From a virus (Duplodnaviria > Caudoviricetes), in the IMG/VR virus record IMGVR_UViG_3300032225_001413, positions 1 through 36,901 of that record: a stretch of 36,901 nucleotides of DNA. One strand, written 5' to 3'. Shown here piece by piece: positions 10,581 to 19,875 of this stretch; position 1 is the first letter of the stretch, and the number at the start of each line of letters is the position of its first letter. The notes under the pieces were generated by a model that was not told the DNA's origin, ran no database searches, and saw only the letters and a program-made list of their open reading frames with translations. The translations under genes and the position numbers were made by a program.

Positions 10581-10810
10581 ACCCCAAGTTTGTTCAAAGC
10601 GGCATCCAAACGATCGAACCGGCGATCGAGGTCTTCGCGCAAGCGATCGACGGCGCCGCGCACCGCATCGAGCGATTCCTTGCTTGCCTTGTCGGCCTTG
10701 AGTTCAGCGACGAGTTCTTCCAGTCGGCGCGTGCGGGCTTGCAGCGAAGCCCATGCGGCTGCGCCGCCAGCGATTCCCGAAAAGATGCCAGCGATAATTT
10801 CTTGCGTCAC
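10577..10810 (-). CDS. TM plus coiled-coil lysis-associated protein (XhlA/holin-like), 77 aa
   Basis: GTGA overlap at 10807-10810; IIAGIFSGIAGGAAAW followed by heptad repeats. Confidence 0.55.
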   Translation of the reverse strand: MTQEIIAGIFSGIAGGAAAWASLQARTRRLEELVAELKADKASKESLDAVRGAVDRLREDLDRRFDRLDAALNKLGV

Positions 10811-11334
10811 GGAACGCCCCCATCGACGGCTGAAAGGTCGAACGCCTCGCTTCGTTCTTCTGGCGAGGGAGCGCCGCCCCACTGCACCGGGATACCGGTT
10901 GTGGTGGCGGGAGACAGGATTGCGACACCTTCACCAAGCGAAGAACCGTCACCACCTGCGCCGGTCAATGTATCACGCCACGCGCGCGCCTGATCGCGTG
11001 AAAGCGCGATCGCGATCTTGCAGCGGTTGTCGCCGTCGATTGCGTGGAAGCCGTTGATCGCTCCGGCTTCCTGCATGGCGTAAAGCACGCGCGCGGCTTG
11101 TGCGTTGTCGCCGTCCAAGCCCGACGTTTCACCAGGACGATCGCCGCCACCCTCAAGCAAGACCGCGCATTGATCGCTAGCCGGGGCAGTCACGAGGACA
11201 CAATCACCATCGGACGGTGCGCATTCGACGACGTAACTACCGGCCGGCGAAAGCACTGACGAGAGATAGGCGAAGCCACCGGCGACGGAACCACCAACGG
11301 TGACGAGAAGAGCCGCAAGGCTGTTACGATTCAT
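10807..11334 (-). CDS. Exported or membrane-anchored protein with 4 Cys, 175 aa
   Basis: ATGA overlap at 11331-11334; N-terminus MNRNSLAALLVTVGGSVAGGFAYL. Confidence 0.7.
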   Translation of the reverse strand: MNRNSLAALLVTVGGSVAGGFAYLSSVLSPAGSYVVECAPSDGDCVLVTAPASDQCAVLLEGGGDRPGETSGLDGDNAQAARVLYAMQEAGAINGFHAIDGDNRCKIAIALSRDQARAWRDTLTGAGGDGSSLGEGVAILSPATTTGIPVQWGGAPSPEERSEAFDLSAVDGGVP

Positions 11335-13517
11335 GGTGTCACCGCAGGCGTCACGATCGACGGCCAGATGCGAGCGCGTGAAATCAAGCAAGACGGCTGC
11401 GCCGCTGTCGACCCTGTCGTGCCCAGGTAGATGAACGAAGACGCAACCGTGGGCAACGTGGCGAGCGTATCTGTGCCGATCGATGTACCGTCGTAGAACG
11501 CTTCGATGCTATCGGTCGCCATCGTTTGCCGCAGCTTGTGCGCCACACCATCGGAGACGTCGCCGGATGCCGCAACGATCGACCATTGCGACGTCGTCAC
11601 AGTGCCATCAGCAAGCATGCGATCAGCAGTCGGATCGATGCCAAGGCGAGCGAAGTTGGCTGTACCCGTGCCGATGCTCGCGAACGTTGCCGCTGCCGGT
11701 GTATCGAACGACGGGCAAAGTACCTGCACATCCATCGTCGTCGGGCTGCCGAGATAGTGTGACGCGCCATCGAAGCGCACGTCGTCAGCATTGCGTGTCA
11801 CGGTCGCCGTCGTCGTGGCGAGATAAGACGTCATCGTCGGGAAAGCTTCAACACGCGCGCCCCAAAAGCCGCAATCTGCTGTCGCGTCAGCGTCCGTGTA
11901 GGACGTCACGCCATCGCTTGGCGCGCACAGCAGATCGTGATCGTTCGCCGCCGCCGTGCCGGCGTAGCTGATCGATACGCGGCACAGGTTGACGTCGGCG
12001 ACGCCGTCGCCAGTGGCATCGACGGGCCAACGCTGCGCGCGCGCTTGAAGGATGCCCGCTTGCACCGTCTTGACTGCGGTTGGGCAATCCTCGCCGATCG
12101 TGCAGGCCGCGCATGCCGTGAGGTCGAACCATGCCGTAGCCGTTGCGATCGTGTTGTCACGCAAGGCAACGAACGTTTGCGCGCCAGCCTTTGCCCATAC
12201 GCTGAAGGTGTGCGTCGCTGCCGTGAGCGTGATGCTCTGTCGCAGACCGTGGTCGCCGAGGGCGTTGGCGCCGTCGACGTCGTCGCCCGTCGTCGAAAGC
12301 TCAGGAGTGGCCCATTGGTCCGCAAGCACGTTGTCGCCGACGGTGATTGCCGTCCACGTCGTGCCCAATGTCTGCGACTGCAACGCCAAATTCGTCGACG
12401 CAGGCTCCGACATGAAGCCAGCAATCACGGTTCCGCCAGAGTAGGTATAACGCGCAACGCGAGGTGCGCTGATTCCGGAAAGATACAGGTGACGCGTCAC
12501 ACCATCGACGACGTCGACCATCGCGGTTGTCGCGCGCGTAAGCATCGTGGGCGCCGACGTACCGACCGCAATCGACGGCGACACGCCAAAAGCAACGGCG
12601 GTGCGCGCGCGCGCGATAGGCGGCAGGTCGGTGGCGATTGAAGTGATGCAGTTGGTGCACTTCCAAATGCGCACCGAGATCATGCTTACCGCTGCCGTCG
12701 CGCCGCCGGCAACGGTGCCGATGCCAAATTTACCGGCGGATGTCAGGTTGACCGCCGTAGAGGCTGCGGTTGATGGCGTCGCCGCGTTGACAACGGGCGC
12801 AGCGATCGCCACGCCGGAATCGATCGCGTAGATCGTGTGATTGTAGCGGTCAAAAACATTGTTGATCGCCGTAGCGCTGCTATTGGCAGTGTTCGTGCCG
12901 TCGCTCACGGTGATCTGCCCTCGACAAGCTGTCGACGTGCGCTGTACGGCCCATCCGGCGGTTCCGACACCAGGTGTCGCCGCAGTGCCTATGACGGCGC
13001 CGGTCGTGGCGCATACGCCGGGACGTGTCACAACCTCGATTACGGCGTCCTCGGCGCCAATCTGGCCAACCGACGTCGTGGCCGCTTCGTAGTATTTGCC
13101 GGCGGCTGCAAACGTAACGCCACGCTCGGCGCCATCAAACGCGTGGAACGGCGTTGCAATCGTCGTCGTCGGCGACGATCCGGTGCCCGCTTCGGAGAGA
13201 ACGACGGTGCCGCTTGCGTCGCGACATGTCCAATTCGTGCCACTGATTCCTTGCGCATCGCACGCAAGGACGAGCGTCATTGCCGTTCCGTTGACGGTCA
13301 GCGAATCCGCAAGGTCATTCGGCGTCGTCGCGCCGGCTTGCAGGTCGAACGACATTGCGGGCGACGTCGATGCTGCGGCCAACGTCGTGCCATCACCGAT
13401 GCCGATACCGGCAAGGCCACCATCGTCGCCGAAGGTGAATCCGCCTGAAAAAGTGCCGGCGATTGCAGCGCCGGCACCAAGCACAACCGCGATTGCGGCG
13501 ATTGCGCGCTTGATCAT
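11331..13517 (-). CDS. Head-spike-fibre-like LamG/ConA protein with a signal peptide, 728 aa
   Basis: ATGA-coupled start MIKRAIAAIAVVLGAGAAIA; fibre motifs TRATTA...APR...GFMSEPASTNLALQS and TSYLATT..VTRNADD; LamG-like C-terminus (DGVAHK...FYDG...IYLG...ISRARIW); 14 Cys. Confidence 0.7.
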   Translation of the reverse strand: MIKRAIAAIAVVLGAGAAIAGTFSGGFTFGDDGGLAGIGIGDGTTLAAASTSPAMSFDLQAGATTPNDLADSLTVNGTAMTLVLACDAQGISGTNWTCRDASGTVVLSEAGTGSSPTTTIATPFHAFDGAERGVTFAAAGKYYEAATTSVGQIGAEDAVIEVVTRPGVCATTGAVIGTAATPGVGTAGWAVQRTSTACRGQITVSDGTNTANSSATAINNVFDRYNHTIYAIDSGVAIAAPVVNAATPSTAASTAVNLTSAGKFGIGTVAGGATAAVSMISVRIWKCTNCITSIATDLPPIARARTAVAFGVSPSIAVGTSAPTMLTRATTAMVDVVDGVTRHLYLSGISAPRVARYTYSGGTVIAGFMSEPASTNLALQSQTLGTTWTAITVGDNVLADQWATPELSTTGDDVDGANALGDHGLRQSITLTAATHTFSVWAKAGAQTFVALRDNTIATATAWFDLTACAACTIGEDCPTAVKTVQAGILQARAQRWPVDATGDGVADVNLCRVSISYAGTAAANDHDLLCAPSDGVTSYTDADATADCGFWGARVEAFPTMTSYLATTTATVTRNADDVRFDGASHYLGSPTTMDVQVLCPSFDTPAAATFASIGTGTANFARLGIDPTADRMLADGTVTTSQWSIVAASGDVSDGVAHKLRQTMATDSIEAFYDGTSIGTDTLATLPTVASSFIYLGTTGSTAAQPSCLISRARIWPSIVTPAVTP

Positions 13518-13957
13518 GGCGCCGTCAACGTCGGCACAAGCGCCGCACAAAAGAGCGTCACGGAACCAGCACCAACGCGGCAATAGGCTTGCTTCGCATT
13601 ACCCTCCCACGTCGACTTGAGGCATCCGCTACCGCAAATGCTCGGGCTGTTACGCGTGGCGAACGCTGGATCGGCGATCGTCGAATCGCCAATGGCAACG
13701 CGCGTCGTCGAACCAGTCTCGGCTCCCTCGGGCGGGATGCACTGAACCGCGATCAATGAGTTGCCGAATCCCGACGGGGCCATCGACGTTGCCGACGTAC
13801 CACACGAGACCGTGTAGCTCTTGAGAAACGACGGCCCCACCGCCGTCGCCGCCGAATGTTCGGCATTGGCGACGACGATGGAGGGACCGCCAAAAGCGAG
13901 CAGGCTGCCGCTGACAATGAGCGCGCCCACGATGAAAGCGACAACGCTGCTACGCAT
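13514..13957 (-). CDS. Small beta-rich protein with a signal peptide and 6 Cys (spike-base-like), 147 aa
   Basis: MRSSVVAFIVGALIVSGSLLAF...ANA; immediately precedes the fibre-like gene. Confidence 0.65.
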   Translation of the reverse strand: MRSSVVAFIVGALIVSGSLLAFGGPSIVVANAEHSAATAVGPSFLKSYTVSCGTSATSMAPSGFGNSLIAVQCIPPEGAETGSTTRVAIGDSTIADPAFATRNSPSICGSGCLKSTWEGNAKQAYCRVGAGSVTLFCAALVPTLTAP

Positions 13958-13958
13958 T

Positions 13959-14465
13959 TCAGACCTCGCCGATCTTGACCATGGCAAACGACGCGCTACG
14001 GATCGTCACGGCATTACCGTTCGTCTGGACTGCAAGGCGGATTTCGCACGTATCGCCAACCGCCGACAGGTCGACGATCGCGTAAGCGCAACCGACGGCA
14101 CCACGAGCAGCAGCCGCCGGCTCAGTCTTCAGCGCCTTGGCGCCCTTGGCAGCGGCCGCGACGCCCGCTTCCTTCGCGAAGACCTGCACCGAGTGGAACG
14201 ACGCGTTCACGCCGATCGAATCGCCGATATTGGCGAGCACCAGGTACTTGCCGCAGCCGGCCGGTGTGGCGACGGTGGCGACGCCGGTACCGACGGCGAA
14301 CGTCAAGCCGCCGCCGGTGGTGTTCTTCTTTTCAGTGAAAAGCGCGTTCACGATCGCCTGCGGCGTCGCCGACGCGGCGACAGTGATCGAAAAACCGGTG
14401 CCGTCGTCGACGTCAACGAGCAAAGTGTTGTGAGTTCCGCCGGTGTTGAGTGCTGCGAGGGACAT
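13959..14465 (-). CDS. C1q/TNF-like (BclA-CTD-like) putative capsid decoration protein, 168 aa
   Basis: GKYLVLA...LSAVGDTCEIR...ASFAMVKIG pattern; strong AGGAG RBS; close to the capsid gene. Confidence 0.5.
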   Translation of the reverse strand: MSLAALNTGGTHNTLLVDVDDGTGFSITVAASATPQAIVNALFTEKKNTTGGGLTFAVGTGVATVATPAGCGKYLVLANIGDSIGVNASFHSVQVFAKEAGVAAAAKGAKALKTEPAAAARGAVGCAYAIVDLSAVGDTCEIRLAVQTNGNAVTIRSASFAMVKIGEV

Positions 14466-14478
14466 AGCTGACTCCTAT

Positions 14479-14631
14479 TCACTTGCCGCGCTCGCGGCGT
14501 TCACGGTTGATGCGCTCGGCGGATTCCCGCGCGATCTGGCGGGCCTTCTCCGAGGAGAGATTTGGGGACGATTCCTTGATCTTCTGCGCGACTTTGTCGA
14601 CAACGGAAGGGGCAACGTCTTTGTTACTCAT
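14479..14631 (-). CDS. Small basic helical protein, 50 aa (MSNKDVAPSVVDKVAQKIKESS...)
   Basis: ATGA overlap with the upstream stop and fills the gap; below the ORF-track size cutoff. Confidence 0.75.
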   Translation of the reverse strand: MSNKDVAPSVVDKVAQKIKESSPNLSSEKARQIARESAERINRERRERGK

Positions 14632-15089
14632 GCGCTCGCCTTCTTAGCAGAGTTGGTGCCGCTCGCATAGCCGCGCATCATTTCGCGCATCGTCTTTGCG
14701 AGGTCTGCTGACTGCTCGTTCTCCAGTCTCTTTTCGGCTTGTCGACGAGCGTCGATTGATTCGGCGATGAATTGCGTTTGCGCCTTGGCCCACCGCTCAA
14801 GCAGGTGCTCGGGGTGCTCGCGGCGGATCACGTCGTCTTCGAACGACACGAAGGCATCGCCATTCGGCATCTCCTCGCCCAGCGCAAGTTTCCAATCGCC
14901 AACAGATTCGATCAGGAATATCGGAAAGTTCGTTTCTTTCCCGTCGACAGTCACGGCGACGCGCTTTGACAGCACACGCGCCAGTGCCTGCCGCTGCGAG
15001 GTCTGCTCGCCTTCTTTGTCAACGCCGCCGTCGAGAAATTCGACGATATGCGGATCCTTGATCGACTTGAGCTTGATCGTTCTCTTCAC
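14628..15089 (-). CDS. Hypothetical protein, 153 aa
   Basis: GTG start with a GAGG RBS just after the capsid terminator. Confidence 0.75.
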   Translation of the reverse strand: MKRTIKLKSIKDPHIVEFLDGGVDKEGEQTSQRQALARVLSKRVAVTVDGKETNFPIFLIESVGDWKLALGEEMPNGDAFVSFEDDVIRREHPEHLLERWAKAQTQFIAESIDARRQAEKRLENEQSADLAKTMREMMRGYASGTNSAKKASA

Positions 15090-15105
15090 GAATGCGCCTC
15101 GCTTG

Positions 15106-15145
15106 AGGGAAAAGAAGAGGGGCCGCCCTATTGCGGCCCCTCTTT
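15106..15145 (-). terminator. Rho-independent terminator after the major capsid gene
   Basis: 12-bp stem AAGAGGGGCCGC/GCGGCCCCTCTT with a 6-nt loop, followed by CTTTT. Confidence 0.85.
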
Positions 15146-15156
15146 GTCGACGGCTA

Positions 15157-16146
15157 TCAGACCGCCTTGTAGATGATCCTGATACCGTGCTCGTCGGTGT
15201 GTTCGCCGACGGCCCAACACCAACGACCGATCGCCAACAGCGTGTCATCGGCGAGGTCATACTGGAATCCGAGCGACGGCGCGTAACGCTCGACGAGTTC
15301 GCCGAATCCGCGCACGCTGCCCGGCGCGCCAGTCTCGCCACGGCCGGCGACGATGAGCGCGGAGACACGGTCGACGCCGGCATTCGCCGTCGACATCACC
15401 GCTTTGTTCGCGGCGTAGACCGGAATACCGGCGAACGAACCACGGAATCCATTTCGGCTCGCGTCGGGGCGGTGGTTGAAGAACGACAGATCGGCCTGAT
15501 TGCCGGCAAAGATCGTCGACAGCGGCGCGCCCGTACCAGCGACGGCCAGCGCGCGCAGATCGGCGACGCCCTTCTCCTCGAGCACGAAGACCGCGTCTTC
15601 GCTCTCGACGTTGTTCGTCAACAGCTTCGTCAGCGCGTCCAACATCGTCGCGAACGACAGCGACGTATTCGTCGTGCCAGCCGAGCCCGACAAGCCAGGA
15701 AAGAGCTGAAGCGCATCCGTCTCGGCGCGCAGATAATGCGCCTGCATGACTTCCATCATGGCGTCACGAACGAGCGGAAGCGCAGCGGCGCTACCCGACT
15801 GAATCGCGCTGATCACCTGATCACGCGCGACGCCCGGCAGGGCGAGTTCAATCGAGTCTGACGTGAGCTGCACGCCCTGAACCTTCGTCGTCGGCTGAAT
15901 CGAAATGTTCGACTGCACAGAGAAGGTCGCGGGATTCGAAAACGCCAGCGCTTCCGTGTCGTCGACGGCAGCGGCCAGCGCGTTCTTCTTTCGAATCTTG
16001 CGGACCTTCGTCGAGGCGCCCGCGATCGACGCCTGATTCATGAGGGGCAGAATGACGTACTTGCCGCGAAGCGGATCAAGCGCAATCTGCGACATGACCT
16101 CGGTAAGCAGCCAATTTGCGACGGTGGTGGACGACGTAACGGCCAT
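15157..16146 (-). CDS. Major capsid protein (HK97 fold), 329 aa
   Basis: Follows the scaffold, has a GAGG RBS and a downstream terminator; GSFAGIPVY motif; typical size. Confidence 0.85.
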   Translation of the reverse strand: MAVTSSTTVANWLLTEVMSQIALDPLRGKYVILPLMNQASIAGASTKVRKIRKKNALAAAVDDTEALAFSNPATFSVQSNISIQPTTKVQGVQLTSDSIELALPGVARDQVISAIQSGSAAALPLVRDAMMEVMQAHYLRAETDALQLFPGLSGSAGTTNTSLSFATMLDALTKLLTNNVESEDAVFVLEEKGVADLRALAVAGTGAPLSTIFAGNQADLSFFNHRPDASRNGFRGSFAGIPVYAANKAVMSTANAGVDRVSALIVAGRGETGAPGSVRGFGELVERYAPSLGFQYDLADDTLLAIGRWCWAVGEHTDEHGIRIIYKAV

Positions 16147-16175
16147 TTTTTTCCTCGGACGGCTCTATGGCCGTG

Positions 16176-16850
16176 TCAGGCGTTGGGCGCCTTGGTCGGG
16201 CGGGCAAATCGCCCGACGCCAAGGGAATTGGATTGGCCGCGTGGGCCAAGAATGGAAGCAAAGAAAGAGGCAACCGCGCCGGGGTCGCGCGCCTTGATTT
16301 CAGCAATTTTCTTACCGGTCGGATCGGCAAGCGCTGCTTCGATGTCTGACGTGCCGATGGCGGGCGGTGCGCCGAGCGCGGGCGGAGTACCAACGGCTTT
16401 CGCCGCAGGCGCACCAGGTGACGCGCGGAACGCCGCAAGCACCTTGGCCTTGGCCTCGACCGACGACGCGTCGGAGTAGAGTGCACGCACCGCCTCAGGC
16501 AGCGCAGCGGCCTCGGCGTCAAGGAGCTTCACCTCGGATTCCTCGTGGGCGCGCCATCGCTGCGCGAGCGGCTCCATGCCTTCGAGCTCGGCCAGTCGGC
16601 TCTTGGCGGTTTCGAGCGCCTTGGCCAATTCGCCGGCGCGCTCGGCCTCTTCCTGCGCCTTCTTGCGTGCGTCGCGGTCGGCCCTGCGCGCGGCGGCGCC
16701 CTCGGCCTTGAGCGCGGCGAGCTCTGCAGCAGCAGCACGCAGCGCAGCGAGGTCCTCGGCGGGTTCGGCAGCAGCGGGCGCGGCGTTGTTCGCTGCATCG
16801 GCAGCGGCGGGGGCGGAAGGCGCGCCCTCGGGGGCGGTATTGGTCGTCAT
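16176..16850 (-). CDS. Capsid scaffolding protein, 224 aa
   Basis: Ala/Pro-rich N-terminus and a long coiled coil, directly before the capsid gene. Confidence 0.8.
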   Translation of the reverse strand: MTTNTAPEGAPSAPAAADAANNAAPAAAEPAEDLAALRAAAAELAALKAEGAAARRADRDARKKAQEEAERAGELAKALETAKSRLAELEGMEPLAQRWRAHEESEVKLLDAEAAALPEAVRALYSDASSVEAKAKVLAAFRASPGAPAAKAVGTPPALGAPPAIGTSDIEAALADPTGKKIAEIKARDPGAVASFFASILGPRGQSNSLGVGRFARPTKAPNA

Positions 16851-16856
16851 AACATC

Positions 16857-16886
16857 ATCCTACAGCATCGCTTATGTAATGCGCAA
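16857..16886 (-). promoter_or_regulatory. Putative sigma70-type promoter giving a leaderless scaffold mRNA
   Basis: TTGCGC-N18-TAGGAT-N6-ATG. Confidence 0.55.
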
Positions 16887-16888
16887 CC

Positions 16889-17476
16889 CTAGCGCCACAT
16901 CACCCGCGCAATCATCTCGCGGAGATAGGCTTCTTGTTTTGGGTCAAGGCCCATCCATGGCCGCGCAGGCGCCGTCGCCGTGCCGTTGTGCAGCCAGTAG
17001 CCCACGACGTTGTGCGGCGGGCTTTGCTTGCTTGTGCGCTGCATTCGGTAGGCTTTGCTCGCCTGTCGTCCGGCGAGGTGCGACGAGTAGTCGCCAGCGG
17101 CGGCAGACTTCTCAAATCGGCGCATGGCGCGGTTGTAGCGCTGTTTCCCGCCTGATTTCGGCACCCACACCGGCGACGTGCCCGTGTCGGGCGCGATCGT
17201 GACCTCGACGTAGTCGGCACGCAAGAGCGCATCGCGCGCCTTGACGCTATTCATAAGCCCGCCGGTCAAGCGCAAATCGACGCTTTGCGACTCGCCGCCG
17301 CGACGCAAAAAATTGCGATAGCGCCGCGAGTAGGGCGCGAACGGTCGACCGTTGATGTCTAGCCCCTGTTCGGTTCGGCGCGTAATCGCGCCGGGGGCAA
17401 AGCGCTGAATCTCGCGCGCGATGCCTTCGGCGTTGAAGCGCGGCGGGCGTCCACTCTTTCGAACCACGATGCCCAT
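16889..17476 (-). CDS. Virion morphogenesis/tail completion protein (Mu gpG/P2 gpS-like), 195 aa
   Basis: GRPFAPYS, VDLRLTGGLMNS and HNGT...PARPWMGL motifs. Confidence 0.75.
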   Translation of the reverse strand: MGIVVRKSGRPPRFNAEGIAREIQRFAPGAITRRTEQGLDINGRPFAPYSRRYRNFLRRGGESQSVDLRLTGGLMNSVKARDALLRADYVEVTIAPDTGTSPVWVPKSGGKQRYNRAMRRFEKSAAAGDYSSHLAGRQASKAYRMQRTSKQSPPHNVVGYWLHNGTATAPARPWMGLDPKQEAYLREMIARVMWR

Positions 17477-17479
17477 GCG

Positions 17480-18325
17480 TCACCCCGCGACAACGGTTTG
17501 CGTCTCAAGCCTAGCGGGCTGAAATGTCGACGTCACGTCGACAGGGTTGCCGCTCGCGTTGACATCGTAGATTCGATAACCCTCGTCAAGCGCGAGCGGG
17601 ATCGGCGTTGGTGCCCACGAATGGCGGCAATTGTAACCTCCGCAGTAGTCCTCGACGGACAAGCCCTGCCCGTTGTCGAGCTTGCGCGGGTCGACCGCTG
17701 CCTTGCCGACCCACGTTCGACAAAACGGGCGGTTCTTCTGATCGCGCGGGCCAACGTAGACAAAGACCATGCGTTCCCCGCCGTCCTCGAGGTCGAGCGC
17801 GATCGAGACAACGGCATGCCGACCTGCGGCCATGACGGCCGCGTCGACGGCGAATTGCGCGCGCTTGACCGACGTGTCGAGTTGCACCGCAACCGACGAC
17901 ACCAGGTCAGCGAGGCTGCCGCCCGTCGTGATTCCGCGCGCGACGGCTTGGCGAATCTCGTCGTTGGCCGCGCGAAACACAGCGACGACGTCGCGGATTT
18001 GCCCGTTGACGATCTGATCTAGTTCCTGTCGGACGTCAACAGATAGCGTTGCAGGCGGCGCACCGACGACCGCCGCAACAGCCTCCACAGCACGCGCGCC
18101 CGCAACGCTCGCGACCTCGTCCCCGAGTGCAGCGAGTCGCTGCTCGACTTGTCGGTAGACGGCAACGGCGGTCTGTCCTTGACGCTTGACAAGTGAATCC
18201 TCGCCAGAATTGGTGTCGAGCTGTAGCAGTATGCGCAGAAGATCACGTTGCAAAGCCTCCCGCACGGCGCGCAGGTCTTCGATCGCGCTGTCAGCGACAG
18301 GACCTGCGGCGTCTGCCCCGCTCAT
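17480..18325 (-). CDS. Minor capsid/head morphogenesis protein (MuF/SPP1 gp7-like), 281 aa
   Basis: YVGPRD..NRPFC and GGYNCRH motifs; follows the portal. Confidence 0.85.
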   Translation of the reverse strand: MSGADAAGPVADSAIEDLRAVREALQRDLLRILLQLDTNSGEDSLVKRQGQTAVAVYRQVEQRLAALGDEVASVAGARAVEAVAAVVGAPPATLSVDVRQELDQIVNGQIRDVVAVFRAANDEIRQAVARGITTGGSLADLVSSVAVQLDTSVKRAQFAVDAAVMAAGRHAVVSIALDLEDGGERMVFVYVGPRDQKNRPFCRTWVGKAAVDPRKLDNGQGLSVEDYCGGYNCRHSWAPTPIPLALDEGYRIYDVNASGNPVDVTSTFQPARLETQTVVAG

Positions 18326-19869
18326 GCATTACCCGTTGGCGTCGACGACGGCGACGTCTCGCGCGCGGTGAACGGCGACGGGCCAGCGACCATGCCAGCG
18401 AGGCGCACGGCGGGCGCGGCTTGCTGTTGCTTCTGCGCAAGGTACGCCAACGCCTCGTCTCGCGACGACGACAGGCCGAGCATGACGCGCGCGTCCGCCT
18501 CGTCGATGATCTTCGCGCTCAAGAGGTCGAGGACGCGTTGAGTCTTCGCCGCGTCGTCCTCGTAGGTTTTGACCGTGCCAAGCGTGACGACGGGATACGC
18601 CCCGCCAAAGTCGGCCGGCGCCGTGGGCGAGAAGTGCGCCAGCACGTCGAGCACGATCGGGAGCAATTCCGATTCTTCGAAGTCTGCGAAGATCGGGCGC
18701 ATCTCGGCGACGCGCTGATCGTGCGGGGCATTTGCGATCAGGCGCGACACGCCCGACTGCGGCGCCCCAGGTTCGACGGCGTAGGCATCGGGAGAGTTGC
18801 CACGCGAGACGCCGAGTTCTTGCAGGTCGCGCGTCGCGCTCGCTTGAATCGCCGAATGATCCGCCGACGGCGTCAGGTATTGCAGCACCTCGCCACTGCC
18901 CACGTGCAGCACGGCGTCGGGGCCACCGACGAGTTCGGACGTGTCGCGCTGGTTTCCGCTGTAGACCGCTTGCGCGTGGGCCTGCATGTTGACGACATGC
19001 TGTCGATTGGACCTTGCAACGTTCAGAGTGTCGACGTTGATCGACACGTCGCGATCGGGCGCGGGCCACCATCCACCAGATCCGAATTCCGTTCGCAAGA
19101 ACGCGATCGGCAGAATGCCCGGATAAACCTCGCTTGCCGTCTGCGCCTTGCCGTCTTCGCTTACACGGCGATGCGTCCACGGCGACCATGTTTGCACCTG
19201 CCCGCTCGCATCCTCGGTCCATTCGCGCGACCACACCCACCAGATCGGCGATGCGTTCGTCGTCTGCTCGGTTGCTTGGCGCAAGGCCACGAACCAAAAC
19301 GCCTCGTCTTCGTCGGGCGCGGATGGGTGTCCAATCGTGACGACGTCGTGGGGCCAGTAGAGATGCGCCACCGGCTCGCCTTCGTCGGCGGCGTCGACCT
19401 TGCGCCAGCCGACCAGAATCGCACCCGCGCGCGCACCCGTCGCGCATCGGCGCTCGATTTCGGGCATCAGCACGTCGAGCGCGAGATCATCACAGGCCTC
19501 GTCGAATGCGACGACGCGCGGATCATCAAACGGAAGCTGCTCGCCATTGTCGCCGTCGAGCAACGCGCGCGTCGCAGGCACGGTGTAGACGCCGCTGTCC
19601 TGCCGCGAGAAGAAGCGCAGCCAATTGACCGGGTCGATCGGCATTTTCTCGCCGGTGCGTGGGTAGGCCTTCTTCAACGCATCGCGCACGATCGACTGCT
19701 GGTCGCCCGCGTACCGCTGCGCCAGCCCACGTACGACGGTGTCGTAGTCAGCCGAACGCTGACGTCGACCGAGCGCCAGCAGTTCGGTCAGCTCGTCGGC
19801 GTCCCATGCGCCGGCATCGGCGCGGATCTTGGCTACCAGGGCATCGCTTGCGGCGTTGACATTGAGCAT
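18322..19869 (-). CDS. Portal protein, 515 aa
   Basis: Between terL and the MuF-like gene; typical size; QSGVS motif as in SPP1-like portals. Confidence 0.88.
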   Translation of the reverse strand: MLNVNAASDALVAKIRADAGAWDADELTELLALGRRQRSADYDTVVRGLAQRYAGDQQSIVRDALKKAYPRTGEKMPIDPVNWLRFFSRQDSGVYTVPATRALLDGDNGEQLPFDDPRVVAFDEACDDLALDVLMPEIERRCATGARAGAILVGWRKVDAADEGEPVAHLYWPHDVVTIGHPSAPDEDEAFWFVALRQATEQTTNASPIWWVWSREWTEDASGQVQTWSPWTHRRVSEDGKAQTASEVYPGILPIAFLRTEFGSGGWWPAPDRDVSINVDTLNVARSNRQHVVNMQAHAQAVYSGNQRDTSELVGGPDAVLHVGSGEVLQYLTPSADHSAIQASATRDLQELGVSRGNSPDAYAVEPGAPQSGVSRLIANAPHDQRVAEMRPIFADFEESELLPIVLDVLAHFSPTAPADFGGAYPVVTLGTVKTYEDDAAKTQRVLDLLSAKIIDEADARVMLGLSSSRDEALAYLAQKQQQAAPAVRLAGMVAGPSPFTARETSPSSTPTGNA

Positions 19870-19875
19870 GGCAGC

